Assembly (NCBI GenBank): GCA_951406725.2
Contig: OX597821.1
Span: 35,278,001 to 35,342,000, forward strand
Direction of reading: 5' to 3'
DNA: 64,000 nt
From: Octopus vulgaris
Taxonomy: Eukaryota
Made by a program: the position numbers and the translations under genes. Of this stretch, positions 42,483-56,021 are shown in pieces. Below the pieces are notes generated by a model, which had not been told where the DNA came from, searched no databases, and saw nothing but the letters and a program-made list of their open reading frames with translations. Position 1 is the first letter of the stretch; each line of letters starts with the position of its first letter.

Positions 42483-42941
42483 CACACGTGCGCGAGCTTA
42501 CGCACGTATAAAAGAATTTTATAAGATAGGAATTCAGAGAATCACGCAGCCATCGTCGTATGCTCCTCATTAGCAACGGCCTAGCAGTTTTGGCAGTAAG
42601 CACTTAATATGTAATGTGGTGTATTGTAATGTGTTCGTATAATTGAAAATCCAGAAAACCTGAGCAGAAAACGTTTTAGTGACGAGTAAATAAATCTTGG
42701 AATCAGGTGGTGTAAAATATTTATTTTTGCCATATAACTTTCATATAATTACCGCCGTTTCATAATCTTCTTCATACAGTATAATTTCAGAATGCAAATT
42801 TGTATACATTTGAATTGTACACATCCGAATTAATGTAAATAAAGAAAGCTAATTCGTCCGATTACCGAACAATTATGGTTATATTTATTGTTAAGCTCTG
42901 CAGCTGTACCTTACGGTTACATATACGGTTGAACATATCTT

Positions 42942-43387
42942 GGATCTTTTCGGTTTGAATGGCAGTTTTTTCTAGCTGTGTCATATGAAATTGTCACCCA
43001 TAATTATGACCCTAGTATCGATCTATTGCATTTCAATCTGTTTTAGGATTAGGGTTAGTTAGGGATAGGGTTAGGGTTAGGGTTAGGGGTGAGGGGAAGG
43101 GTATCTTTTTTTTCTTCACAAATGTAAATAAACCCAATCTGTTTCTTAAACGAGGGACATATTCATACGGCACAGAATGTTTTCACCTCAATATACGGTC
43201 ATCGATTGGTTGAAATTGCAGAATTTGAAGAAAAAAAACAACAAATATCTTACAAACTACAGAGTTTTCTCAATAAAACCAAGAGAAAAAGAAGTTTTAT
43301 TGACACATTCTACCAGTGTACGAAGTTTAAAATTTTTTAGTTACCTAGAAATTATGTTAAAAACTGCCGTTCAAACCGAAAAGATCC
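42942..43387. mobile_element. MITE (Merlin-like), copy 5
   Basis: TIRs; perfect 8-bp TSD CATATCTT; TTAGGG array at about 43043-43090. Confidence 0.93.
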
Positions 43388-43881
43388 CATATCTTTTCTA
43401 AAAAGTGAACTTTTGCTCAAGTTTTAATTCTGCTTGATACTGCTGGAAAAAAAAGCTGACTTTTGTTCATGACCTGTGAGCTAGACGTCCAATAGATAGA
43501 TATACATAAGTACGAGGTTTACACATATATGTCCAGGTCGATACGAACGCCTAAAATTCTTCTTCAAGGCGGCGCCCAACCACGACTACGTCCCAAGCTT
43601 ACACACATACACACACACACATACACGCATACGCAGAGAAGCGCACACACATCCACACACAAATACACGCGAACATACTTCCAATACGTATCAGAGATAT
43701 CCAGTCATTGTCGGGCAAAAAAAAAAGAGTTAACGAATATCAAATGTGAATATAAACTGTGGTATTAATGGAAATATACCTGAATGTGGGTGTTTTCGCT
43801 GGTTTTGTTTCCTGGAATAAGTCCAGACACATTTTGTTTTGTCACACTTGCATTTATTTATATATGCAAATAAATGCGTAC

Positions 43882-44127
<246 letters not shown>

Positions 44128-44419
44128 TGTATATTTCACATATGTAATCATTTACATAGCATTACTAACATTATTACTGCCAACTGCATGGAACGATTTG
44201 TCTAGACACCGTTACACCTGTATGCTAAATTACTTTTTCGTATGCAAGCAGATTTGAACCTATTTGCAAATAAATCTGAGTATCTTTCTAAATATATAAA
44301 ACAGGCGTATAAATTATAAATGCGTGTAATCTTGTATGCTTGTAGAAATTTATATATGCATTAATATTTCCTTTCTTTCTTCCTCTCATTGTTTCTCGTG
44401 TATCTCTGTATGGAAAAGA

Positions 44420-45600
44420 AAGCTAAGTTGAATCGTGTTAAATCTCCCTGCCTCCACTCCGCCGCTATGTTATTCTTCCTATATAGGATGATCTATAGAA
44501 TTTGGGTAGACGTGTGCATCGTTAGTGCCTGCGATTCTTCATGCATCAGGGATCTGACATTCCAAAAGTCAACGAAAAACCTGGTTGATGACAGTTAAGG
44601 CTGATCTGGAACCCAACCTATATCTAGAACCCCTCATATCTACGGCGTTCGCCGCTGGAATAAGAAGTGGTTGGATTTCACGCGGTCGTTAGCTTCAAAT
44701 CGCCAGGCCTGGTCGGCGTTTGTGAGAGATGCAGCATTGAGGATGAATGAAGCCAGCTCAACACACCCCGGGTGAATGCTGTAAGAAGAAGAAAGAAGAT
44801 AGAATTTGGGTAGACGTGTTCTCTGACAGTCGTCCCTTAATAGCATTCGCGTAATGCAGCCCATCCTTCTCTGGGAAGAATGGTCTGCATCACTCAACTT
44901 TATATCTCCGTTGTTTAGCGCAAAATGCATGTTCTATCCAATGTTTTTCAGTGGTTTCAATGTTCTCTATTTTTTTGACTGTCGCAATCCTCTCTCTCAA
45001 CGCCGACGCTCCTGTCGAAATACCCGAATGGTTTCATCGCCCGTCTTCCTGACTATTACAGAGACACTCCAAAATCATTGATCACTTTCTCCCATCTGAA
45101 CCTTTTCCTAACCTTCTACCGTCATTCGATCATTCGACTACTGCTTAATCGTAAGCTACTTCAACCCCATTTGCATCATACATAAAATTCATAACTTCTG
45201 AACCTTACGTTACATGATTGAATTTTCACCAGTTTTACGGTCTTCCTGTGAACAAATTAACATCCTGTGACGTGTCCCAATCAGCAAAGCAGGTAGAGGA
45301 GGTCATTTTTTTCAGATAAGCCCTTCGCATCCCTCACGTAAATAAGCTCACAAACTTAAATCATTCATGTGATCCTTACCCTTCTTCGTTGCAGTTGGAC
45401 GGGCAAAGGACATTAACAATAATACCAGCAAAAAACAGTAGCATGTCATTTGAGGGCAAGTTTTGTCCACCCTCAATAGAACTAAACCAAAATAGGTTCG
45501 TAAATAGAACTCTCGGGAGGAAAGTTTGCCCCTGTTGCTGCCCCCTTTGCAGCCAACTGCGAAATGCTCATACGTAACATGTCTCTAAAGCTTTTGTCTT
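44420..45600 (-). mobile_element. Heavily decayed RTE-like LINE
   Basis: Minus-strand remnants GCITRM...RLPK and a DLL.FAD-like segment near 45280-45305; interrupted by a younger RTE fragment. Confidence 0.45.
44516..44798 (+). mobile_element. RTE-clade LINE 3' fragment with (AAG)n tail
   Basis: QRKTWLMTVKADLEP..YGVRRWNKKWL..LASNRQAWSAFVRDA; 21-bp TSD ATAGAATTTGGGTAGACGTGT at 44495-44515 and 44799-44819. Confidence 0.85.
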
Positions 45601-45750
45601 CCAGTATACATCTCTTATTAATGTGAAATACAGGAAAACGTTCAGTTGTTTTGTACTAGTGTTACTTCCAGACCCTTATTCTTGCAGAAAGTCGAGATAT
45701 CCAAAGGTGGAGATATCCATCCATCCATCTATCTATCGGTCTATCCATCC

Positions 45751-45793
<43 letters not shown>

Positions 45794-45795
45794 AG

Positions 45796-45837
<42 letters not shown>

Positions 45838-45839
45838 AG

Positions 45840-45900
<61 letters not shown>

Positions 45901-45983
45901 TTATCTATCAGTCTATCTATCTATCAGTCTATCTATCTATCAACCAGTCTATCTATCTATATATCTATCTGTATACACACATA

Positions 45984-46019
<36 letters not shown>

Positions 46020-46384
46020 ATGTTGTCAGAAAGAGTGGAGTACAGAGTATTGAATACATTTTACCCTTGTTCCTGGTAAAAATGCATCTATCCAGGCTTT
46101 TGGTAAGTGCATATTCTAACAATAACTTACTACAAGATTACCGGTAAGAATTACGTCCTTTTTCTTTGTTGAGTTTAGTTGTTTTAAACTGTTACTAGTT
46201 GACCCTAGAATGAATCTGATCGAGAAGACTTATCAAGGGCATTCCATTTGGTGTTGTATATCTTTTATTACGTAGTAATATTATGAGGTGGTGTATTAAG
46301 AAATTTAGCTGTTATTTCTAGTAGACTGAGTGGCCAACTAAAGTATCTGAAGGCTCGTTGGTTTCCCCTAATTTACATATTAAT

Positions 46385-46619
46385 TTCAAATTTAAGTACA
46401 ACAATTACAAGCGACTGGGTAAGTTGAGTACATAGTAAAAAGTACTCAACTGGTACTATTTTACCGTCTTCAGTGCATAACTGGCACTTATTTAATCGAC
46501 TCCGTAAGGATGAAAGTCAAAGCTGACCTCGGCGGAATTTGAACTCACAACGTAAAGACGGACGACATACCAATAAGCAGTTTTGCTCGGCGTGCTAACG
46601 ATATTACCAGCTCGACGTC
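46385..46619 (-). mobile_element. SINE family D (diverged)
   Basis: Core and head matches; 22-bp TSD TTCCCCTA(A/G)TTTACATATTAAT at 46363-46384 and 46620-46641. Confidence 0.85.
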
Positions 46620-46703
46620 TTCCCCTAGTTTACATATTAATATAATGTTTTAATAATATTTTTTAGGAATGCTTTCTGTCATTAATTCTGATTTAATTAG
46701 TCC

Positions 46704-46803
46704 NNNNNNNNNNNNNNNNNNNNNNNNNNNNNNNNNNNNNNNNNNNNNNNNNNNNNNNNNNNNNNNNNNNNNNNNNNNNNNNNNNNNNNNNNNNNNNNNN
46801 NNN
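46704..46803. other. Assembly gap (100 N)
   Basis: Run of n. Confidence 1.
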
Positions 46804-46948
46804 ATGTCTGTGCATGCAAATAAATAGAAACGTGTATGAATTCACATAATAATACATGGGTTGCCTTTAATATTTTCATTAATATATGCACATATAAATA
46901 CACGTGCATATCTGTATAAATGTAGAGCTATATCTGTATCTCTGCAAC

Positions 46949-47007
<59 letters not shown>

Positions 47008-47038
47008 TTTATTTAAAGCAGCAGAAAATTCAACAAAA

Positions 47039-47080
47039 CCTGTTACTCTGAGTTTCCCTTTGCCGTTCATCGGACAGTTT
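47039..47080 (-). ncRNA. Minimal hammerhead-like motif related to the 4.3-kb element
   Basis: Minus strand reads AAACTGT-CCGATGA-ACGGCAAAGG-GAAAC-TCAGAGTA-ACAGG; the flank resembles 4285-4320. Confidence 0.55.
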
Positions 47081-47093
47081 ATGTGTTTACTCC

Positions 47094-47139
<46 letters not shown>

Positions 47140-47765
47140 CATAAATTTCATTTTAACAGGTGTATTTATCAAAATTAAAGTAAAATATCTTGAAATACTG
47201 AAGAGAAAATTTATTCAATAAAATCGTCATTGGCTTCAACAACGGCCTCCAGACGACTTCGTATTCTCCCGCAGCTATTCATGATTATCTCCTTGTTTGA
47301 GTTGGTCAATGCTGCCATAATCCTTGCCTTCAGTTCATCTTTAGTGTTACAAGGAGTTTTGCTGGTCTCTTGCTCCACTATGTCATACACATAATAAACA
47401 AGGGAGTAGAAGTCTGGGGTGTTAGGTGGCCAGATGTTAGGAGTGATGTGGTCGCAGAAATTGTCTGATTACCATGACTGGCTTCTCTTGCTTATATGGC
47501 ATGGTGTAGAACCCTGTTGTCACACGTAGGGTCTTCCAGCAGCCATCCTCTTGACCCAGGGCAGCACTACCACCCCCAGGCACTTGATGAAGGCCTCCGT
47601 GTTCAGTGCGAGATCCTGTGGTAAGGTGAATGGTAGCATAACGTCGCCATCACTAGTGATCCCTCCAAACACCAAGATGTTGACTGGATGTTTGATTTTG
47701 ATCGCTCAGCACATTTCCTCATATTGACACCCAAACACTCTGAAATGTTCGTATTGGAGAAACGT
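47140..47765 (-). mobile_element. Decayed maT/DD37D-like transposase fragment
   Basis: Minus strand gives VVLPWVKRMAAGRPYV*QQGSTPCH...NIWPPNTPD...DELKARIM...RSRLEAVVEANDDFIE*. Confidence 0.75.
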
Positions 47766-47778
47766 GAATACATACATA

Positions 47779-49058
47779 CGAGGGACGTTCAATAAGTAAT
47801 GCCTCTGACCCATTTGCAGTTGTTTGATCTAGCTGAAATTTTGCATGTGCAATCATTTATATCTCTATAGAGTAAGTGACAAATTACAGCTCTGAACTAA
47901 TTATTTACAGGTGTTTGAACTGAGTCAATTGTGAAATGGAGCCTGTTGTGTGTCGAGCAGTGATCCGGTTTTTGTATTTAAAAGGACGCACACCACGGGA
48001 GACTTTTGATGAAATGAAAGTAACTTATGGTGATGATGCCCCATCATATGACCTTGTAAAACGGTGGCATCGTGAATTCAAACATGGTCGGAACTCTGTG
48101 GAAACAGCTCCCAGATCTGGTCGCCCCCTTCTGCCATTGATGAGGCATCTGTCCGTCAAGTTGAGGCTGCCATATTGGAAGATCGACGCATAATTATTCG
48201 CCAAATAGCCCATGTGGTCAAGATTAGTACCGGGTCTGTGGAAACTATCATTCATGACCATTTGCATATGCAAAAGGTGTCTGCCAGATGGATTCCCAGG
48301 TTGCTCACGCCTTTCCAGAAGCAAGAACGCGTCGAGTGCTCGAGGATGAATTTGGAGATGTGCCAAGAAGATGAGTCAAAATTTTTCAAAAGACTGATTA
48401 CACAGGATGAAAACTGGGTCCATCACTATGATCCAGAGACCAAAGCCCAGTCAATGCAGTGGAAGTACCGTGACTCACCCCCTCCAAAGAAGGCAAGGGT
48501 GCAGCCCTCCGCTGGCAAGGTCATGCTCACAGTCTTCTGGGACCAGGACGGAGTAGTGATGACAGATTTCCTGGTAAAGGGTACCACAATTACAGGAGCC
48601 TATTATGCGTCACTTTTGAGGAAATTAAGAGAAGTTATCAAAATCAAGAGGCGAGGCAAGATCAGCAAAGGCATCCTCCTCGTGCAGGACAACGCTCCGG
48701 TCCACAACTCGCTTGTCGCCAGATCAGAAGCACAGACGTATGGCTATGAACTCATCCCCCATCCCCCTACTCTCCTGACCTTGCACCTCTGATTTTCACC
48801 TCTTCCCAGTCATGAAGTTGTTTTTGAAAGGAAAGCGTTTCCCAGATGATGCAGCCTTGATTTCTGAAGTCACGTTCAGGTTGGAGGACCAAGCTGGGGT
48901 CTTCTACAAAAACGGTCTCCAGAGCTGCATCAAACGATGGTAGAAATGCGTACCTCTGGGTGGTTCCTATGTAGAAAAAGACTAATAACTGTGCCAAGTT
49001 TCGTTGTTCTACTGCTATAGGAAGTGGGTCAGGGGCATTACTTATTGAACGCCCCTCG
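47779..49058 (+). mobile_element. Full-length mariner transposon (1280 bp; irritans-like)
   Basis: TIRs CGAGGG(A/G)CGTTCAATAAGTAATGCC(T/C)CTGACCCA at both ends, TA TSDs, internal DD34D transposase. Confidence 0.95.
47936..48985 (+). pseudogene. Mariner transposase, disrupted (3 frameshifts, TAG at 48941)
   Basis: HTH region, RSGRP, WIPRLL, ITQDENWVHHYDPE, QDNAPVH, YSPDLAPSDFHLFP (across frameshifts) and GSYVEKD*. Confidence 0.92.
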
Positions 49059-49216
49059 TACATACATACACACATACATACATACATACAAACATACATA
49101 CATACATACATACATACATACATACACACACAAATGCATACATACATACATGCATACATACATACATACACACATACATACATACATACACATATATACA
49201 TACACACACACACACA

Positions 49217-49273
<57 letters not shown>

Positions 49274-49274
<1 letters not shown>

Positions 49275-49576
49275 GAGGCGCAATGGCCCAGTGGTTAGGG
49301 TAGCGGTCCCGTGGTCGTAGGATCGCGGGTTCGATCCCAGACCGGGCGTTGTGAGTATTTATTGAGCGAAAATCACCTAAAAGCTCCCCGAGGTTCCGGC
49401 AGGGGGTAGTGTTCCCTGCTGTACTCTTTCACCACTATTTCTCTCTCTCTTTCTTCTGTTGGCCTGCTCGCTTAGCCAGCGGGGTGGCGTCATTCGAAGG
49501 CTAAAACAATGCGAATGCATTGTGACCAGCGATGTGTAAAACATCTGATGGTCTGGTCGGTCACGTGATCACGTGA
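49274..49576 (+). mobile_element. SINE family A with tail 1
   Basis: Same family as 40206 and 42124; flanked by TA-rich repeats. Confidence 0.92.
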
Positions 49577-50198
49577 TATATGTATGTATATGTAATGTAT
49601 ATATGTATGCTTGTACGAATGTATGTGCATGCGTATGTTTATACATGTACATATCTATATTTCTCTATGTCTCTGTGTACACATATATGTATGTATCTTG
49701 GTAATTATGTACGTATGCACACAGCTGTATACTTTGTTAAGTTATATTTCGTATAATCTGAATGAAGATAATCATTTTTAGCTTCAAGTTCTGTCTATGT
49801 GGAATTCAACGTCAGAGCTAAGCGTCTTCAGACATATTTCGCAACGGTACAGCTCAAATATACGATGATGCAAAATTGTGTTACGTTTTAATAAAAATAG
49901 CAATAACATAGAAAATAATCACATCACGTAAGCTTTGTGACAGCTATATGAAATACACATATAACATTAGAATTTTTGTATGTTTTCTCTTAGAAAATTA
50001 ATCTATTTCATTGTATATCTAGAAAGTAGTAGCAAGCAGACTTCCCGCATGGAATTTTGTAGTACAAGAACGAAAGCATTTCTTGAAACTTTATAGCGTA
50101 ATTATAAAATATAAAAGCACAAGTGTTAAATGAATTTTATTACTCTTTCTCAATGTATTTATCATAGGTTCAACAAACACTGTAGTATTAAACTGCCA

Positions 50199-50579
50199 GG
50201 AGGCGCAATGGCCCAGATGTTAGGGCAGCGGACTCGCGGTCGTAGGATCGCGGTTTCGATTCCCAGACCGGGCGTTGTGAGTGTTTATTGAGCGAAAACA
50301 CCTAAAGCTCCACGAGGCTCCGGCAGTGGGTGGTGGTGATCCCTGCTGTACTCTTTCACCACAACTTTCTCTCACTCTTACTTCCTGTTTCTGTTGTACC
50401 TGTATTTCAAAGGGCCGGCCTTGTCACTCTCTGTGTCACGCTGAATACCCACGAGAACTACGTTAAGGGTACACGTGTCTGTGGAGTGCTCAGCCACTTA
50501 CACGTTAATTTCACGAGCAGGCTGTTCCGTTGATCGGATCAACCGGAACCCTCATCGTCGTAACCGACGGAGTGCTTCA
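50199..50579 (+). mobile_element. SINE family A head/body with tail 2, flanked by a 106-bp direct repeat
   Basis: Head/body match 49274, tail matches 41105-41284; flanking repeats at 50093-50198 and 50580-50685. Confidence 0.92.
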
Positions 50580-51050
50580 ATAGCGTTATTATAAAATATA
50601 ACAGCACAAGTGTTAAATACATTTTATTACTCTTTCTCAATGTATTTATCATAGGTTCAACAAACACTGTAGTATTAAACTGCCAATCGAATGCAACTAC
50701 GAAACAAATAGCAAAAATATTATTTGATGATCAAAATAAAAAGTATAACTTTCCCAATCGTACCTGCTCTTAAACTTACTGAGAATCATCAACTGGCAAT
50801 GCGTCACCCGTAGCATATCTATAAAAGGGAGGATGTGTGTGTGCGTGTGTGTGTGTGTACGTGATTGTAAGTTATGCACGTCCACAAATTAGCACGCATG
50901 TCGCTCCAATTTTAGGAAGACATTTGTCAACATTCTATCTGGGTTTTGTCAACTTATTCTTTTTACCCGAGGCACCCGTGGGTAGCGTAAATATCTATTT
51001 TCAGACATAGATTTTAGCCACGAAAAATAACAGCCTTGGCTTTTTTGATG

Positions 51051-51257
51051 GCGTCTAACAAAAAATAAAAATAAAAATAAAGAAAAGTGGAAGAAGGAGG
51101 CAGAGAGTTTCACGGGAAAGACAAATTGAGAGAGGGAGAGACAGCGATTAAATGACAACGTTCTTGCCAGCGTCTAACAGAAAAATAAGATAAAGAAAAG
51201 TGGAAGAAGGAGGCAGAGAGTTTCACGGGAAAGACAAAGTGAGAGAGGGAGAGACAG
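51051..51257. repeat. ~90-bp direct repeat pair, period ~119 bp
   Basis: GCGTCTAACA...AAAGAAAAGTGGAAGAAGGAGGCAGAGAGTTTCACGGGAAAGACAAA..GAGAGAGGGAGAGACAG starts at 51051 and again at 51170. Confidence 0.9.
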
Positions 51258-51643
51258 AGAGAGGGAGAGAGTAAGTTATGACGTTCATAAAAAATAAAAT
51301 GTAATATGTTTTGTTGCTTTTTGTTTTTGAAAGACACTATATTTTATAATCATAGTATAATATACTTTAGTGAAAATCGTGCGAGTGTTAATCTACAAAT
51401 TTAAACATTCTTTCCATTCATTTCTGTTTATGAACATGTATGCGTGCACAAAACATGCAATAGGTGTACGTACGTGTGTGTATGTGTGTTCGTGTCTGTT
51501 GCCCATATATATTTATATTATATTATATATATATAATATATATAATATAACTAATTTCAACGGATTTCGCCCAAATTTGACGTCTATATTACTTAGTTTG
51601 GTTTGAAATAAAGAACTTGATTAGCTTAATAATCGTAACTTAA

Positions 51644-51673
51644 TCCCGGGCATGACCGGGTTATACTGCTAGT
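51644..51673 (+). mobile_element. Helitron-like 3' terminus
   Basis: CCCGG-GCATGA-CCGGG hairpin followed by TTATACTGCTAG|T; 5' end not located. Confidence 0.5.
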
Positions 51674-51859
51674 AAGAAATCATTCTCATCTACAAATACG
51701 GCTACAAAACCTATCAACTGCACCGAGGTGTTTGAAGTGGTAACCTTTTCGAACGACTGAAGCAGGATTTCGTATTTGAAAACTGAAGTATTCTTTGAAA
51801 TTTTACACTGGTTTCAGCCTTGAACTCAAACAACTTTTCCGAATTGCAAACGGTTTATA

Positions 51860-52315
51860 CGAGGGTGAAGCTGAAAATTCCGTACCTACAGAAAAAAGGA
51901 TTTAGCCCCTAAAAGCATTCATGCTGACATGGTTACTATATTAGGGGATGATGCACCCGCTTTACAAACAGTGCAAAAATAAGCAGCTGAATTTAGGAGT
52001 GGGAGAAAGAATCTTGAAGATGGCACAAGGTCGGGACGTCCTGCAACTGCCACCACCGAGGTAAATATTGGTCGTGTTCACCACATGGATGTCTTGTGAG
52101 AGAGTTGAGAATATTCTCAACAATGGACTCAGCGTGACGAATGTTTCTGCTCGGGAGGGGGGAAGGGGGCGCCAAGTCTTGTGCAACTGATGAAAAGCGC
52201 GCCCGTGTAATCACACCACGGCAAAATCTGATGTTGCTTGATGCAGATCAAGCTGGCTTTCTTGAAAGCATCCTAAGCCAAGATCTGTGTTGGGTTCATC
52301 ACTTTGGGCCAGAGA

Positions 52316-52320
<5 letters not shown>
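51860..52320 (+). mobile_element. Decayed mariner fragment
   Basis: TA|CGAGGG start; encodes IHADMVTILGDDAP, EDGTRSGRPATA and WVHHFGPET. Confidence 0.8.
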
Positions 52321-52357
<37 letters not shown>

Positions 52358-52695
52358 TATATTTATATATAGAACAAAGTGTACGTACGCCGCTATACAC
52401 ACACACTGACACGCGCGCACATGTATACATATATACACACACGCACGCACACACATAAATATTCTTTTATGCTTTTATATGCTTCAGCCCTGAATATAGA
52501 TATATATTTGTGTGTATAGTGAATATAGATATATATTTGTGTGTATGTGTGTGGGTGGGTGAGTGGCGTATGTGTATTATGCATGCATTCGTAGAGTTAT
52601 TCATCAATTGTACAAATAGTTGTATGTGTATGTGTGTGTGGCGATTTTTCACTCAAGTCAGAATTCCAAGGATTCAAAGTGAACGAAGCTAAAGG

Positions 52696-52750
<55 letters not shown>

Positions 52751-53701
52751 GTCTATCTATCTTTTTGTATCCATATGTGCCCATAAACATTGTGTGTAAG
52801 CGTGTGTGTATTTATGGAAACTGTCAAATAATTTAATCGTAAATTCCATAGATTACGAAATAATGTTTTAACAATTACCCTTTTGTGAGTGAAAAATGGT
52901 TATTGTTTTCGGAAAAGAAATAAAAACATGTGGAAGATTTCTAATTTCGATTAACGGTTTGGTGCCACAAATCTTTTGAATAAGCACATGTATAAATCCT
53001 AGATAACATCTCAAAAGATTTCGTATCTAGAAGCGAAAATAAACTATAAAACCCCCCAAAGAAAACTAAAGCAAAAAAATGAAGAAACGAAAATAAAAAA
53101 TAAAAGAATTTCGCTTTTTATATGATACATATGTACAATTAATAAGTATTTAAGACTAAAGTTAAGATGGTGAAGCAGTGGTGTGGGGATGCTATAAAGT
53201 TGTCTTCCAATCTATTTTAAAAGTATATATAGGCAAACAGTTGCTTTTTTCCCCCTTGATATAGAGGCGAGTATGGTTGATGTAAAGTACGTGAGCTGCT
53301 ATCACAAATAGCTTACAGATGGATTATGAATTACAGTTCCGTTGTTGGCTTTGCCATTTGTCTCTTGCTGGATTTACATTTCGTCATGTAGAAATGCAAG
53401 CGACTGATGTTATTATTGCCAGCTAAACGGCGAGAGAATCTATCGATCTTCTTTTTTATTTTTCTATATATCGACAGTACGGCACGATCTTAGCAAATAA
53501 ATGCAATGCTCAATGTTTCATAGCATAGTGTTAAGTTGCTTTATGTGGTAAGTGCGATAAGTTTAATTAATCTAGACTGTTCTTGCATCGAAGTGTGACA
53601 AACATAGTTAAACGATGCCTAGCACAACCAGCAAAAGCAATGGCGGTGGTAACTCAATATATGTGTTTATATATATATAAACACATACATGTATGTATGT
53701 A

Positions 53702-53892
<191 letters not shown>

Positions 53893-54224
53893 GAGTTTAC
53901 ATAGTAGAGTCATAATTATTGCATGTAAACTGACACAATCAGCTGAGAAGGTCAGTATGATTTTTAGCAACGACAGCGCAAATTCCACCATTTTTGTTGT
54001 TGTTGTTGTTATATATGAGCTTCGCAATATCTCACTAATTCACTTTACATAATTTTGAATAGGGAAGTGATAATTGAAAAATAATTTAACGATTAGGAAG
54101 TAATAATGGTGAAATATACTTGTATTTACGTTACGTTCAATGATTAGATTGTGTTTAATAGAGTAACTTTAATCTCCTGAGTACATCAAGAAGATATATA
54201 TGTATATACATATATATAACGGTA

Positions 54225-54980
54225 TCTATTTCGAAATAGTCACATTCAGCAGCACAACACCGGTCCCAGCATTCTCGCCACTTTGAGAGTCAGGCCTAGA
54301 AGGTATTTTTTTGTAAGCGATCCGGGGACATTCTGCGATTCGCAGTTGATCTCGACAACGGTATTAAAACGGTAACCGTTGAGCTGCATTTTACATGTGG
54401 GGAAAAGAAGGGTGGGTGCGGAAGTAATACCGAGTTGTTTTGGGGAGAAGGTCACGAGTGAGGAGAGTTCGGTAACAGAGTACATTGACGTCGCGAACAA
54501 TCCAATTCTTCGCGCCCCACAGATCCAGTCGCTTTCGCTGAATGGCCTCCTCTCTCAAACACTTGAAAACGGCGCTGTAGAACTCTCGATTGACGGCTTA
54601 GCCCCAGGCGATGCTCGACTAATATCTTGCAGATTGCTCATCGTCTTCCAGGGACTTCTTTCGCTTTTGAATCGCCCGTGCCACTCGAAACTGCGTATGA
54701 CCCATTTTCTCGATGCCGTAATCTTACCGAAGCATACCTCTTTAACGCAAAATTTCTCGTTGGCTCTTTGTTCCAACTTTCTGTTCATGAGAACATCGCA
54801 GACTGCAGAATACAGGTGACCACAAAAAAAGTATTTCACAACATGTGAAGTAAACACAGTGGTGTCACTTGAGATACTGCCTCGCGAAGGTCAATGCAAG
54901 CTCTCACTGGGCACGCAACTATTTGCTGCCATCTGTCAGTGCCCAACAGAACGAATCCTGAAACCTTCGATACCACCTCG
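54225..54980 (-). mobile_element. Internally deleted mariner
   Basis: TIR end CCACCTCG|TA; minus strand gives LEQRANEKFCVK, FEWHGRFKS, VNREFY..EAIQRKR and LFP..KMQLNG.RFNTV. Confidence 0.8.
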
Positions 54981-55300
54981 TATGTGTATACATACACAGA
55001 CACACACACACAGACATACACAGATATACATGACTGAGTTTCAGATTCTGTCGATCATTTTCCACTCCTAGCGTTGGTCAATACAACATTACTCAAGAGA
55101 ACGCTTGTACTGATGGCTGTGCAGTGTAAACCTACATACATACACATACATATGTGTATAGATATACATATATATTGTGGATAAATACATACATATATTA
55201 CCTACAAACACTCACACACACACACAGAGTCACATACACACTGTCAGAGACACACATACGCACGCACACTTATTCACCCCCACACATACACACAGTACAC

Positions 55301-55350
<50 letters not shown>

Positions 55351-55498
55351 TGTGTGTCCTCTCCATCGTGTATCAGTGAATTGCAATAACTTGGTAGACA
55401 TCTTTAAAGTAAAACGGATTTATTGCAAGTTAATGGCCCCGGCCAGAGAGAAAGAGAGAGAGAGAGATAGAGAGAGGGGGTATGAGAGCTAGCTAGCT

Positions 55499-55543
<45 letters not shown>

Positions 55544-56021
55544 GAGGGCGAGCAAAATGCTTTTAGCCTCATATTTGCTTGCGCGTACACACATGTTCAC
55601 ACACGCACAGGTACACACATACATGGAAATAATCCAGCCTATCTGTTTTTGATTTCTAAAATACGACCGACAGTCTTTGTAATTCTCACAAATAAAACCA
55701 TAAACTAAGTAAGCCATGACTGAAGATGTTTCATTTAATCACCCCTTTTTATCCGCCATTCTAGGGCTATATTTTTTATTGCATTCTCCTTTATACAGTG
55801 TTGCAAACCAACTGATACCAAGTTGTGTTCGTTGTTTAGCACCAAGTAAATCGTGACCGAGAAAACGCATGAAAAAAGTTATTCCAGCCACGACAGCGTC
55901 TTCATTTACATTCTGTATATTTGATTGTCCATTGAATCTTCCTTTTATGTGATCTGACAGGGATCTTGGCTGTAATTTCTGCAGAATGCGTAAGATCTGC
56001 TAGCTACTATTGTTTAATATT

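Noticed and set aside
43043-43100. TTAGGG array as a true telomere or fusion site
   Set aside because: Short and internal to the MITE in every occurrence.
47936-48792. SETMAR-like host gene
   Set aside because: No SET domain; bounded by TIRs and TA, so it is a mariner transposon.
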